Part shown: positions 1-13,599 of the stretch, piece by piece | Layout of the letters: the number at the start of each line of letters is the position of its first letter | Numbering within the stretch: the stretch's first letter is position 1 | Assembly (NCBI RefSeq): GCF_006345805.1 | Contig: NC_042997.1 | Location: 36,146,001 to 36,210,000 of the forward strand | DNA: 64,000 nucleotides | Reading direction: 5' to 3' | Source: Octopus sinensis | Taxonomy: Eukaryota | The notes under the pieces: model-generated | The model's database searches: none | The model's input: only the letters and a program-made list of their open reading frames with translations | Told to the model about the DNA's origin: nothing | Program-made: the position numbers and the translations under genes

Positions 1-155
1 TCACTTAGCGGTTCGGCAAAAGAGACCGATAGAATAAGTACTGGGCTTACAAAGAAAAAGTCCCCGGGTCGATTTGCTCGACTAAAGGCGGTGCTCCAGC
101 ATGGTCGCAGTCAAATGACTGAAACAAGTAAAAGAGTAAAAGAGTAAAAGAGTAA
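1..155 (+). mobile_element. SINE family A, 3' half with (AAAGAGT)n tail
   Basis: cacttagcggttcggcaaaagagaccgatagaataagtact...aaaggcggtgctccagcatgg...tgactgaaacaagt followed by AAAGAGT repeats. Same sequence occurs as the reverse complement at 11762-11950 and 24070-24250. Confidence 0.9.
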
Positions 156-159
156 TGCA

Positions 160-1165
160 TTTTTGTCTTATATTCCGAAATGTATTTGAACTTTCAGCAT
201 CGGTTTGATTTTGAGCTCCTCTCGCAGGAAACTATCAAGGTGCTTGAAAAAGTGGTTGTCGTTAGAGCGGTCTGGGGAATAAGCAGAGTGGGAAGATCTT
301 CGTAGCGAAGTTCCCTCAACTTCTTGAGTGCCGTTAGTGAAACGTGTGGTCGAGCATTACCGTGAAAAATGATCGGTCCTGCTCTGTTGACCAGCCTTCT
401 GCAGAGAGATAGCTGTTTTTCGTTCATCTTGGCAACATGTTTTTGAAGTAATGTTTCTCTGGATTTTAAGAAGTTATAGTGGATGAGTCCAGCAGTATAC
501 CACCGAACAATCTCCATAACCTTCATTTTGAAGAGCTCGGGTTTAAGGAAAGTTTTCAGTCCTTGCTTTTGGTCAAACCACTGTGAGGAAGTTTTTATAT
601 TATTGTGTAGAATCCTCTTTCCATCGTAAGTTACAATACTGTCGAGAAATGGATCGGTTTGTTTACGAAGAAGAAGCGACGAGCAAATTTCATATCTGCC
701 CTTTTTCTGACTTTCATTCAGATCGGGTGGTACTCATTTGTGTTGGGTTTTTTATGTTCCGCTTGCATGCAAATGGGTACAGACAGTTTTCTGGCTCAGC
801 TGAAATTCTTTTGTCAGTCGTTGAGTAGTTTTACGTGGATTTTTCTCAATGACGGTATTTAACTGATTGGCATCAACGACGGATGGACGTCCATTTCGCT
901 CACAATCTTCAAGGTTCAGGTCTCCACTGCGAAATCATTTAAACTATTTTCGAGCTGCCCAACTCACTGGTCATTTGTAGCTAAATAGCAAAATTGCTCG
1001 AACTATTTGTCAGTTCCATTTCAGATGATTGTAACAATGGTGAAAACAATATCAATCTATGTATTATGAGACAATTGCCAAAACCATGTTCCAAAAAGTT
1101 TCGAAACTCTGCATAAATCCTGTACGATTTCTTCCTGATTTAAAATGTTGCTTACATTTTACTCA
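160..1165 (-). mobile_element. Degenerate mariner transposase (DDD catalytic domain), frameshifted
   Basis: Minus-strand translation across frames gives LEDCERNGRPS, FLDSIVTYDGKRILH (cf. FLxRIVTGDEKW), IFHGNARPHVS (cf. LHDNARPH) and LPHSAYSPD...HFFKHLDSFL (cf. HPPYSPDLAPSDYHLF). Confidence 0.85.
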
Positions 1166-1167
1166 AC

Positions 1168-1482
<315 letters not shown>

Positions 1483-3139
1483 TTATCGTTCCATTCTTTT
1501 TCCTGCATTAGGGATAGTCGCTCTTATTCACTTGAATGGTTTTCTGTATTATATAATTTTATCTGAAAAATTATCGGAATATCGGTTATTGCATAGCGTC
1601 TTCTTTTTGCTTCGAGCTGCTTTTTCTATAGGTGCGCCTAGCATATATACTAAGTATGGAGATATCACATAATAAAGCCACTACCGTATGCATGTGTTTT
1701 TGCTTATTCGTGTGAGTATCGAGTAAATAAACCATTAATTAAATTTTATTGAACTTTAAATTTTATTAATTTTTACATGGGATTTAATGTTCAATTGTTT
1801 CTTTAATCAGTGAAAGTCTCGTGACATATTAGATATTATCTACCGTCTAGTTTATTTACAATAAATATATGGCACCGTTAACTTAATTAATTAATAACTA
1901 GTTTTGTTGATGTACCAGCTTAAACAAACATCTTTAAATACATTCCCACTATGAGCATTTCATTTTGATATTTGAAATGTATTATAAGTTTCATAACGGA
2001 AAGCCACAGTATTGAATAAATCGTGACCTATTTCAGTTGCTTTCCTCGAGACGATATTGATGAAACTGTGTTGTTTATTTGAGGCAGAAATCGGTTACCT
2101 TTGCAGATTAAAATGTCGTTAATAACAGTTCTTTTTGCCTTATATCTAAAAAAATATATCAATGAAGTCATAAATAAATTATATTACCTAATTCAAAATC
2201 ATGCCCCCTCACATATGACTAAAACGTCAACGAAAATTCTCATTAAACAGAATATAAAATGCATTATAGCTGATCATCTATTTTTTCTTTAAAATATATT
2301 GCATAACAGCAGACCTGAAGAGGGTTCGAATCCATCATCGTACACTGCAAAGCCTATATGAGACCGGTAACGTCGTTTTCGAAGAAACGAGCAAATATGC
2401 AAATTACTATCATTTGACATTAAGTGTTACTTTGAATATCTATGTACTGTCCACACTCGCCATGAATTTATGACTAGATGTAAAATAGTCGGACACAAAA
2501 GATCCTATATACTCCTACACTTAAATAGAAGATTTTCTCTATATTTAAAACGATTTAATGCACTGCTTTAGTAAATCGCATAGATAAAGGACGTCTGTAG
2601 TTGCTGAGAACAGTTGGAGTAACTGGTTCAAACCAATTTAAAATATGTTGTTAATCACTAAGAAACAGGTTTTAAGGCGTTGCAGAAATATTTCCAGACA
2701 ATACATGCGGAAATGGCAACTGTCAATCAATGTTATTGGGTAATGAAGTGAAAGGTTTTGAATTGTTGACGTTCTCAATAATCTATTGTCTCAAACATAA
2801 TATAAGCAATGTGTAAGATCTGCAATAAGCAATGTAGCAATTGTGGCAGCACCAGCAGTCATTTGTCGAATACTGTATAACCCATGACATATTTAAACGA
2901 ATTAACCCATCATATATCTACACATAAATACATGCATACATAAACCACTTTATATAAATTTTCTCTCTCTCAGTTCATACACACACTCACACTAACACAC
3001 ATACACACATATGATATAGGCGGCTAGTTCGAAGTTTTATCACCTAAAGGCAAAAATATATACATCACTAAAGTGACAATGGTCACAGATCACCAGAAGT
3101 ATTGCTAGAAATAAGTCAAACCAACTTTGGCATATATAT

Positions 3140-3700
3140 ATATATATACTGTTCAATTATGTACTGATCAGATGTATTTGCTATGGTCTGTATCGCAACC
3201 CATTTACAGTGTTATTTCACAATATTTCATCTCCTTTCCTGAGCATCGCTAATTCGTGTTAACTTGCATTCTTTTGTTCCATATTGCTTCACAGTTCACA
3301 CGAAATTAACATTTCGGTGCTAAATAGAACTGATTAGTTCTTGTTGAAGAAACACATTTCTTGAATCATATGCTGATAGCTATCAAAATGTTTTGGTTTT
3401 TCTTTCCAGAATATCTTCTATTTTACTGATATTATAACATTTTAGTTATTTTGATGATTGCGTATATTTTAGCCTCTGTTGTTGTTTCCCAGTTCAATCA
3501 CCACAGCGAATTCCTGATTTTCTGCAATTTTGTAATTATTTGTCGGTTAGAATTTGAAAGATGTTTGAGACAATCAGGATAACATGCACTGTTTCCTCAA
3601 CAATTCCGCAGCGAATGAATTGACCTGATCTTTTCCTTTGTATCCGCATTTTGTTTTCCGGTGGAAGGTTTGTAAACACCAATTGTTGTTATATATTTAT
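3140..3700 (-). mobile_element. Possible very old RLE-type (R4/NeSL-like) LINE C-terminal remnant
   Basis: Minus-strand pieces SLW*LNWETTTEAKIYAI (cf. SWxWL...ETEGxIxAAQ) and GDEIL*NNTVNGLRYRP (cf. KILWD...NRPD). Heavily decayed. Confidence 0.3.
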
Positions 3701-4214
3701 ACTATACTAAAAGGATTTTCTGTACGTAGTTCTATTTACATGTTATATTGGTTATTGTTAATTGATAATACTTATTTCTATATTCTCCATGTTTCCCTCA
3801 CTAGTAATTCTATTTTACAGTCTCCATTGAGTGACTGTATTTTATTTGATGTTAAGTACGTGGTCTTGGTTCAACAGTTTCTGCGGTTGTCTGCAGAGGA
3901 AATTGGTGAGATACATTTTTTCGTCTATCTGTGATGTATGTAGATTATTGTCTGCTCTGTGGACATTACTTTTTGTGTTTCACTTCACAATATTTTGTTT
4001 GTAATATTTGTTCGTATGTTTTTCTCTCGGACAGATCGTACTACTAACAAACTCTCATTTATGGTATTCAGTAATAAGTTACAACGATTAGTTATACTAT
4101 ATTCTATCACGCTACATCATAATTTATATATATATATATATATATATATGCGTGTGTGTGTGTGTGTGTGTGTATCTGTAAAGTTAGAGGGATAGTTAGA
4201 TTGTCACTGAGACA

Positions 4215-4640
4215 GGCGCATGCGTGGATTACGCACAGGTATGGTTATATGGTAATAAGCATTCTTTCCAACGGAATGCTTCTGTTACCAGTCCAACTAC
4301 GTGATACCTTGGGCAAGTATCTTCTACTATAGCTTCGGGTTTAGCAAAGCGTTGTGAATGGATTTTGTAAACCGAAACAAAAAGAAATCTCTCGCATATG
4401 TGTATGTGTTTATATGTATGGGTGCGTCTCTCTGTGCCGCTGTCTGACACCTGCTAATGCTTCCAAACCGGTGCTCATGTGATACATCTCCGTAAGTTAG
4501 CGGTTCGGCAAATAGACCGATAGAATAAGAACAAGCCTTAATAAAATGGGAAAAAAATTGTATTGCGGTTGATTCATTCGACTAAGAATTCTTCACAGAG
4601 GCTCCCTAGCAAGGCGACAGTCTGATGACTGGAACAAACA
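4215..4640 (+). mobile_element. SINE family A, degenerate near-full-length copy
   Basis: Head (ccttgggcaagtatcttctactatagc...gtgaatggattttg), internal microsatellite, then cttagcggttcggcaaa-like body and aaggcg...tgactggaacaa tail. Confidence 0.75.
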
Positions 4641-6679
4641 AAATAATAAAAAATGGTAAAGTAAAGGTAGATAGATAGATAGACGGGTGAGGTAAAATGT
4701 TAGGAATATGTGCAGCAAATGTATGAGATGGTAAACGATATCTGCTGTTATTGCAGTCGATCATATACTGTATATATCGTTGACAATTATTCAGTTTACA
4801 ATTATTTGCAACATAGCTTTACAATTGGATTCTTATCAGCATTTTCTTTACGAAAGGAACGTTTTGAGATCAAACTTCACTGGAGTGACGTTCGACGCCA
4901 ATACATAGGGAGGTTTTTGCGCCCTCGTTTCTGTTTTATTTATAAGGTAAGTACTGACACTTTTAATACTTTCGGTAATGTAAGACATCAATTGTACACC
5001 ACATACTGGAAAATGTTTGAGAGTATCAGAGTAACTTCAGCATTTGCTAAGATGATGCGATAATATTTTGATTACAAGGTATTATAAATGGATTTGCAAT
5101 ATTGTTACCATCGTTGAAGAAAAGCTCGACCATTATCATATTTAGTACCTTTTAATTTGAGAAAAATTGCAATCTAATAGAAAATTACAATAAATTATGT
5201 TATAAACATGTGAAGATAATATAGACTATCACTGAGACTTGCGCTAATTTGCATTAAAAAAATCCATGATTATTCCGAAGATACCGACGGCAATATCTGT
5301 CTGATAAATGATAATGTCACCTATATATTTTAACACTGTTAATGCAATTGTAGATATTTTGTTGATTCTTGCTCTGATAATCAATAGCAATATATAAGTT
5401 TTACATCCTAATTGCTTTAGTTAAATCTTTCATCTCGTTCATAGAAACTGTCATTATATTATTCAATGGTAGGTCTTCTTTTACGGTGATTGCTTTGCGT
5501 ACACTGTAATGCTACTAAACATTGTTTTAATTATCAAATCTAAGGACATCAAAGGTTTATACTTCATCTATGACACTAGCGATTCTAGGAAACATCAATC
5601 ATAGTAGATTAGCTTATTGTAAATGAGCAGCTATAATAAAAATTAACGAATTAATTAATCATACCTATGTCATACGCAGTGGTACAGGTTCACTAAAATA
5701 TCTATATTTTCACTATATTACTTTCTACGTATTTCTTAACGTTGCTCTAGAACTGGAAGCCAGTCAAATTGCAGGCATAAACACAATGTTTGAGTCAGTA
5801 ATCCTCTGGCAAGTATTTGGACTTTTGTCACAGTTTATCCTCAATGTTTCGTCCTCGTCTAGAAACTTAAATGAAACTTTAAATTTATGCGGTATAAGTC
5901 CGAGCTAATTATGTTTACCTTCACTGTTTTTGCTGTTTCGTTCGTCTAAGTTAGGTCTTAGATAAATACACCTCATACATATTTCATTAGGTTACGGTTT
6001 ATACCACATAATTGGCTCCAATACAAGTATATATTTGATTCCACTTGGAATTACGAAGGAAATCTAACGACACAGCTATGTAGGAACAACAATATCATGT
6101 TCATGATAAATAGTAATTTATAGATAATTAATTATTCATATATGTACAAGGTTTACGTAGAATATAACTAATCGTCCAAAGATTAGGTGCACGAAACATC
6201 AAAAGAAAGAGTGATTACATTCTAAATACAATCTATCTGAAAGAGACACTAGTATCCATTATGATCTAATAATTTACATCCATATTTATAAGTTATCACT
6301 ATTCATCCTGAAAAATTTCATTATATGACAAAATGAATTGGCATAGTTCTAACGGTAATCAGTGTGACTAAGCTACCATACTAGAAACACAGGTAAACTG
6401 TAGGAAAGGTCGAATTCCTACTAGTTAAGTAGGTTCCTGCGGGACGTCGTTACATAAGCCGTGTCCATCATAGTAATTATTTCGATGATAATACAGTGTA
6501 CAACATTATATGTAATCTAAAACACCATAATTGCAAAAATATCGACAAAAATATATCATCATCTGTTACTGCTAAATTAAATGCATCAGCAATGTTGTTA
6601 GGATAACAGGATACAGCCTTTATTAGATTAGGAGAGGTAATGGAAATAAATTAAACAAGATATAATGGAATAAAATGTA

Positions 6680-6960
6680 CTATCGGAGATGTATTAGTTC
6701 TTCACCATTCACGGTCACATCTGTGCAGTCGATGACCTTGACGAGCATTTCTAGTCATGTGGTAAAGAGCTTTGGAGAGATGTTTTCTCCTTGCTTGACA
6801 CCCTACCCTTAATGGTGATGATAGCAGAGATATATGTTATTTTGCATCCAGAGTTCATATCTCTGAGCAATTTGGTGTATTGTGCCTCGAAACCTTGCAT
6901 GTTTAAATACTTCACCATTTCGTTGAAAGGTATTTTTTAATCAACTAAGCGATGGACTCG
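6680..6960 (-). mobile_element. RTE-clade reverse transcriptase fragment (not in the ORF track)
   Basis: Minus-strand translation GVKQGENISPKLFTT*LEMLVKVIDCTDVTVNGEELIHLR matches the RTE RT motif GVRQGDxISPKLF...INGExLxHLRFADD. Confidence 0.8.
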
Positions 6961-7811
6961 TGAGGTGTGTTATGAGTTAAGTGAAAATGTGGCACACATT
7001 ACTATACGTCAGAGATAGCGACGCTTAAAGATAAGCTTAAAGATAAGCTTGGGCTGAGATTGTTACAGTGCAGCAAACGAACTAAAGACTTTAGCCAAAA
7101 TATCAAACTTACATGGATATTGAAAGAAATACACGCATCGCACATGCAGGTTCTTTCACTCTCTCTCTCTCTCCTCCTCTCTTTCTCACTATCACTCTAT
7201 CTTTCAATCAATCTATCCATCTATCTAACTATCTATATATCTATATATCTGTGTATCTACCTATCTATGTATCTATTTTAACACACCTTCAGACACATAA
7301 GAATCTATATATCCCCTTGCTTGTATATTGTTGACGATCTTCTTGGTAAAGAGAAAATTAAATATATAGTAAAGTATATCCATGACTGTGAATTTTTTTA
7401 ACAGTGGTGCTTTATTTTGCATGTATGTATACATTATGACAAATCTATTTTCGTTATATTACATCATCTATAACATAGCTAAGCTTCACATTATCTCATA
7501 TGTTGGTTATATCAATTTTGCAAGATATAAGAGAAATATTGAGTATATTTTTCTCATGTTTTTCAGGTAATATCAATTTACATTTGAGTGTAATCTTAAC
7601 AGAAACCAGTATACCCTCTAATTTATCAAAATATATAATGGTGCGAATGTTTTCATATATGCACACATACACCAACGTTTATAATATACATATAGATATT
7701 TATATGTATGTACGTATATGTGCCTATATATATATATATTATATATATATATATTATATATATATATATGTGTATGTGTGTATACATGTATGCTAATAGA
7801 CATATACACAG

Positions 7812-7842
<31 letters not shown>

Positions 7843-8442
7843 TCTCAGTGTATATAATTGTTTAGGAGAACGATGTAGAAACCAAAACAATAATCCAGGT
7901 TGTAAAAGAGGACAGTTCCGCTTTAAGACATTTGGTAGTTATCTTATTCATTCATTGCTGTGTTTTTTTTACTCTATGTCTTTCTTTGCAGAACTTACTT
8001 CTGTAGCAATAATATCATAACATAAGGTTTTTGTCTTAGTTGAAGATATTATAAAAAAAATATAATTGCTATTATTTACAAATACATACAGTAATATATA
8101 TTATGCACGCATAGAAAATTAGAACAAAATATTTTGTATGAGAAGTGACGGAAGAAAGGAGAAATTATACATTGTGGATATGAATAAGATAAATCTTGAA
8201 AGGTAAGGAAATGTATTCAGTAAAATGCCTTGACACCAATACATTGATGCAGGTAAATTTTGGATTGCTAAATAAATATATCTAAATATTTAAAAAAACA
8301 TTCTGTATACGCTTCAGAGAAATTTAAATACGTCGAATCTCCTGAAACTGAGTAAATATCATGACTGTTAAGACAGGCATTTTTCTAAGGTTTACAATGC
8401 ACATAAATTGACATACATACAGAAGCATTCGTCTATAACGAC

Positions 8443-8826
8443 AGTGGAGGCGCAATGGCCCAGTGGTTAGGGCAGCGGACTCGCGGTCGGAGGATCGCGG
8501 TTTCGATTCCCAGACCGGGCATTGTAAGTGTTTATTGAGCGAAAACAACTAAAGCTCCACGAGGCTCCGGAAGGGGGTGGTGGTGAACCCTGCTGTACTC
8601 TTTCACCACAATTTTCTCTCGCTCTTTCTTCCTGTTTCTCTTGTACCTGTATTTCAAAGGGCCAGCCTTGCCACACTCTGTGTCACACTGAATCTCCTCG
8701 AGAAATACGTTAAGAGTACACGTGTCAGTGGAGTGCTCGGCCACTTGCACGTTAATATCACGAGCAAGCTGTTCCGTTGATCGTGTCAGCTGGGACCATC
8801 ATCGTCGCAACCGACGGAGTGCTCCT
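8443..8826 (+). mobile_element. tRNA(Arg)-like-headed SINE (family C type)
   Basis: Pol III A box TGGCCCAGTGG and B box GGTTTCGATTCCC in a tRNA-like head, followed by about 300 nt of non-tRNA body. A related head occurs on the minus strand at 57085-57330. Confidence 0.8.
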
Positions 8827-9629
8827 ATACCTATAACTACACACGAAAGAAATTTTAAAATGCAAATAGCACCACAATTTGTCTATCTTATATCACAACA
8901 TACGATGTGTTGATAGTTATTAAACAATTGAATTTGCTTTCTTGTATTTTTTTAGGAAATTAGAAATTAGGGATGATGCATCACATTCTGTCCCCTATAC
9001 TAGTGCAAATATAATTATTTTTGTTCAATACAAGTTTGAATAATTACTTTGTCATTCATTTTTGACTCCTCACTAATGATCTAAATTATAAGTGCTTAGC
9101 ATAAGGTAGTATTTAATATCTTGCTAATGATTAGATATTCTCTATAACAATATCGTTTCCTTAAGGTAGAACATTTGTCATTGTCATTGCAAATGCTAGA
9201 CGTAAGCATATTGAAGTAACAATGAAAACAAAGGAAGCAAAGTATTCAATATTGAAATTTAAATATATACAATATTTCAAGTTGAAAATTAATTTTAATT
9301 GAATATAATATTATATTCGAAATATTTATAGTAAATATTACATGAATTAATATTCTATGAGTTAGCCGATAGCAAATATGTTCCATTCTGTAATACTATG
9401 TGTCTAGTTTGTAAATATGGATTCATACCATTGAAGTATTTGCGAAGACAGATAATTTAATAGTGTTGCAATATGGACAGTGTTTGCGTTTCCTACATCA
9501 TCTTTTGTATACAGATACATATATTACATACGCACATACACATATTGGTATATGTATATGTGTGTGTATATGTGTGTGCATGTGTGTACACGCACACACT
9601 CACACAGACAAACACACATATGTATATAT

Positions 9630-10062
9630 TACTATTTTACTTGTTTCAGTCATTTTAATGCCCACATACCGGATCACAGCCTTTAGTCGTACAAATCGAC
9701 CCCTGAACACATTCTTTGTGAGCCTAGTACGTATTCTATCGATATCTTTTGCCGAACCATTAAATTACGGTGACGGTTGTGATGCGATGGGGAGGCACAC
9801 ACAGACACACACACACACACATACACACACACACACAAACACATTCACACCCACATATATATATTTATATAGTTAGTTAATCCAAACAAGAAAGCAAAAA
9901 AAAAACACAATTCGAGGACGTGGAACAAATATAGGATTATTGGACGCTCAGAAAAGGAGGGTTTAACGTTTCGAGCGGAGCTCTTCGTCGGAAACATAGG
10001 AGAAGGAATGGTCCAGAAAAGGGAAGACAGGGGAAAAAAACGCCAACGGTACACACGTGGTC

Positions 10063-10102
<40 letters not shown>

Positions 10103-10262
10103 GATGGACTTCTTTCAGTTTCCGTCTACCAAATCCACTCACAAGGCTTTAGTCAGCCTGAGGTTCTAGTAGAAGACACTTACCAAGGTGCTCCGTAGTG
10201 GGGCTGAACCCGGAACCATATGCTTGGTAGGCAAGCTAATTTTCACACAGTCGCTCCTGCGC
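9630..10262 (-). mobile_element. SINE family A, interrupted in its internal microsatellite by a Penelope-like insert
   Basis: Tail and body at 9630-9810, head at 10100-10262, foreign segment at 9871-10064. Confidence 0.85.
9871..10064 (-). mobile_element. Short Penelope-like (pLTR-type) element with hammerhead-like motif
   Basis: Minus strand 9995-9961 reads GTTT CCGACGA A GAGC TCC GCTC GAAA C GTT AAAC. Downstream ttttctgagcg..taat...tttgttccac is shared with 19345-19554. Confidence 0.65.
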
Positions 10263-10664
10263 CTCTATATGTGTGTGTGCGTGTGTGTGTGTTTGTGTTT
10301 ATATAATTTTTAAGTAATTATAATGTAATTTATTTTATTGTACGATATAGTAGGCTTTAAAATGATTATATTATTAGATTAGTATTTTGGATATAACTCT
10401 CTATGTGTACTCCAGAAAATAAGGTTTTTCTGAAATTGAAGTCGTGGTGCTATTGGTAAAATCACAAATTTGTATTAATATTATAATTGATACTGCTTGC
10501 TTTGCATTAGTAAAGTGTAAAATACTAAGTATTCTGATAACCTGGAATAATTATTATTCCCTAAGTTTTTTTAATATACCTACATACATACATGCATACA
10601 TATATATATATATATACATATATACATACATGCATGCATGTTAGTGTGTGTATATATATGTACA

Positions 10665-10925
10665 AGTGCAAGGGTGACTGATTGCTAAGAGGCCTACTTC
10701 CCAACTACATGATTCCGGGTTCTGTTCCACTGAGTGGCACCTTAGGCGAGTGTCTTCTAGAATAGCCTCGGGCAAGAAAACTATTTAGAGTGGATTTGCT
10801 ACATGGGAACTGATATATATGTAAATATGCATTATATATGAGTGTGCATGTGTTTGAGTGTGTGCATTTCTTTGTGTGTTTTTCCCCCGCCACTATTTGA
10901 CAACCGGTGTTAATTTATTCACCAC
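10665..10925 (+). mobile_element. SINE family A, degenerate head and partial body
   Basis: gattccgggttctgttccactgagtggcaccttaggcgagtgtcttctagaatagcctcggg...ttgacaaccggtgtt. Confidence 0.7.
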
Positions 10926-11109
10926 CACTTAATGTGACGTTTGCCAAAATTTGAATATGTGTATTTCATTGGAATATATCTCTCTCGGCCTGTGTTTGGT
11001 AATGGCATATACAGCTATAATTATAGATATGACTAAAATGCAATAGTTCCTGAAATTACAAATTTCACCTTACGTAAAGTTTGAAAAAGATGGGTTATAT
11101 ATTTTTCAT

Positions 11110-11400
11110 TGTAGATTTAGCAGTGAATACTAAGTGTTGTGTTCTTGAGCAAGGCACTTTATTTCACGTTGCTCCAGTTCACTCAGCTGTAGAAATGAGT
11201 TGCGACGTCACTGGTGTCAAGCTATATCGACCTTTGTCTTTCCCTTGGATAACACTGGTGGTGTGGAGAGGGGAGGCTGGTATGCATTGGCGACTGCTGG
11301 TCTTCCATAAACAACCTTGCCCGGACTTGTGTCTAGGAGGGTAACTTTCTAGGTGCAATCCCATGGTCATTCATGACCGAAGGGGGTCTTTACCCTTTAC
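11110..11400 (+). mobile_element. SINE with CORE-like central domain (family C type), 5' truncated
   Basis: gtgttcttgagcaaggcactttatttcacgttgctccagttcactcagctgtagaaatg is homologous to 57195-57260 (minus); tail gggggtctttaccctttac. Confidence 0.7.
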
Positions 11401-11761
11401 TAAATTGAACCTCTCATTTAAAATATAAATAACATAAATAACGATTATCATGGTATGAATCTTCACTTGTGTATCATTAGCTGAGAGGTTCGAAATGAAA
11501 CTTACATTTAAAAGGTTTACTAATCATACGGTGTATGAATTCAGTACATTGCACCTCATTTAAATGTTTCACGATTATATACAGTCGCAATCTTTAAGTT
11601 TGTCTACTTTTTCCTGTAAAATATGATACCAAAATTGAGAATTGCACATAGGTTGATCAGAACAGCAGTATATGAGCTTCAATTTATAATTTCGTTCACA
11701 ATTTTATTAATTTGTAGGTAGTAGCAATTGAGTAAATAAATGTTCTATATTGTTGGGGGGA

Positions 11762-11971
11762 TACTCTTTTACTCTTTACTCTTTAACTTGTTTCAGTCAT
11801 TTGACTGCGGCCATGCTGGAGCACCGCCTTTAGTCGAGCAAATCGACTCTGGGACTTATTCTTTTGTAAGCCCAGTACTTATTCTATCGGTCTCCTTTGC
11901 CGAACCGCTAAGTGACGGGGACGTAAGCACACCAGCATCGGTTGTCAAGCAATGCTAGGGGACAAACACAA

Positions 11972-12010
<39 letters not shown>

Positions 12011-12175
12011 CATATATACGACAGGCTTCTTTCAGTTTCCGTCTACCAAATCCACTCACAAGGCATTGGTCGGCCCGGGGCTATAGCAGAAGACACTTGC
12101 CTAAGATGCCACGCAGTGGGACTGAACCCGGAACCATGTGGTTGGTTAGCAAGCTACTTACCACACAGCCACTCC
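11762..12175 (-). mobile_element. SINE family A, full-length, little-diverged copy
   Basis: tRNA-like head with B box GGTTCAGTCCC, CORE-like gcatcttaggcaagtgtcttctgctatagcc, internal (TA)n(TG)n, body, and (AAAGAGT)n tail. This may be the abundant octopus SINE called Twhitey, but the name is unverified. Confidence 0.92.
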
Positions 12176-12811
12176 ATATATATATGTTTTGAACTTTTAT
12201 GAAAATGGAAATTTTGATGTCATTTAAATGATTTATTTAATTTGTATAGTGAAAATGTAGTTCAAGTAAAAAAAAAATGGCAATTTTTGGGGACATTTTC
12301 CCCACAGTGTTAGTTAAACATCAATATTCATATCGATAATTGATAATTACACGTTAGTACTTTTATTCACAAGATATATTCATAAGCGATAAAAAAAAAG
12401 TTTGTTAAAATGTTGCATTTATAATCAGTTTGTATTTTCATTTTTTTTTTGTATTTTTTTTTTGTATTTTCAGAATTAAATTAACATCATTAATTTGTAT
12501 AAGCAAAATGAAGTACGTAAAAGATTGAATGTATAATTATTGTAACTAAGTGACTGTAATTGAAAATAACCATAGTCGTAAAGTTGTATTCTCTACATAA
12601 TAGTTTAATCCTGCCATAGACAGCAAGCTACTGATTTAAATATTGTTAATGACTTGGCCACGCGAAAAAGAGGCTAGGCTGCCCTATACGCGACAAAATG
12701 TTATGTCGTTAATTGATAGATATAATTATTATAGTTATCTATAAAATATGTATTACTTGTAAATGTTTTATATTTGTAAAATTAAGAAAACAATCTCAGT
12801 CTTAATAGATA

Positions 12812-13210
12812 CTAGCAGTATCGCCCGGCGTTGCTCGGGTTTGTAAGGGAAATAACTATATAAGCATTTTTAGAGAGTTATAGCCAAAAAATAGCAAAAA
12901 AGTGCATTAAAAGTGGAAAAACAATGATGGTAATTTTTTTTTTAAATCGTTGACTCATCGTAGACATTTTTAGAGAGTTACTTCCTTTATATAATAGCAA
13001 AAAAATGCATTAAAATGGAAAACAAATTATGGTAAATTATTTTTAAAATCGTAGACTCATCGTAGATGCGCGCTAATACCCAGAAGGGCTCGATATGAAT
13101 CACGACTATAAGATACCCGGTTTTGGTTAAAGTGCACCGCAAAATATGGGAGTAGTTAGGAATCTAAATCGTAGGAGACAGACACACAACTTCGCTTTTA
13201 TATGTAAAGA
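12812..13210 (-). mobile_element. Non-autonomous Helitron (399 bp)
   Basis: Minus strand: A|TC start, GC hairpin CCCGAGCAACGCCGGG 8 nt before the CTAG|T end, internal duplication of about 100 bp. Sister copy at 53059-53457. Confidence 0.88.
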
Positions 13211-13599
13211 TTTCTCGGTTTTGTATAATGGGATAATGAAACATCTTAAATACGGATTGTTTTGTCGATGAACATTTACGCGAAACAACCCGGACAGATG
13301 ATATATATTCCCGTCATTCAAAAACATTAGATGAGGTACCAATGTAAATATCTATTACACACGGGCGCGCGCGCGGGCACTCACGCACGCACGCACGCAA
13401 AAATATATAGCTATATATATATACACATAGAGATATGAGTTTATATCATATATATATATGAGATTATATCAAAAAGTTTCATCTCTAACGTCATTTTCGA
13501 TATAGTCACCTGCTGCAGCAATACACCGCTACTCGCTTTACCTGCTACTTTTTAAATCAATCCTGGAATTAATTTTTTGAGAGTGGCTGGACGATCTTC

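Noticed and set aside
2311-2375. CTGAAGAG...GAGACCGGTA, a PLE-like end
   Set aside because: No helix II or helix I can be drawn, and no second copy exists in the window.
8443-8520. Apparent tRNA-Arg gene
   Set aside because: The acceptor stem does not close, it runs into a repeat body, and a related head occurs at 57330, so it is a SINE head.
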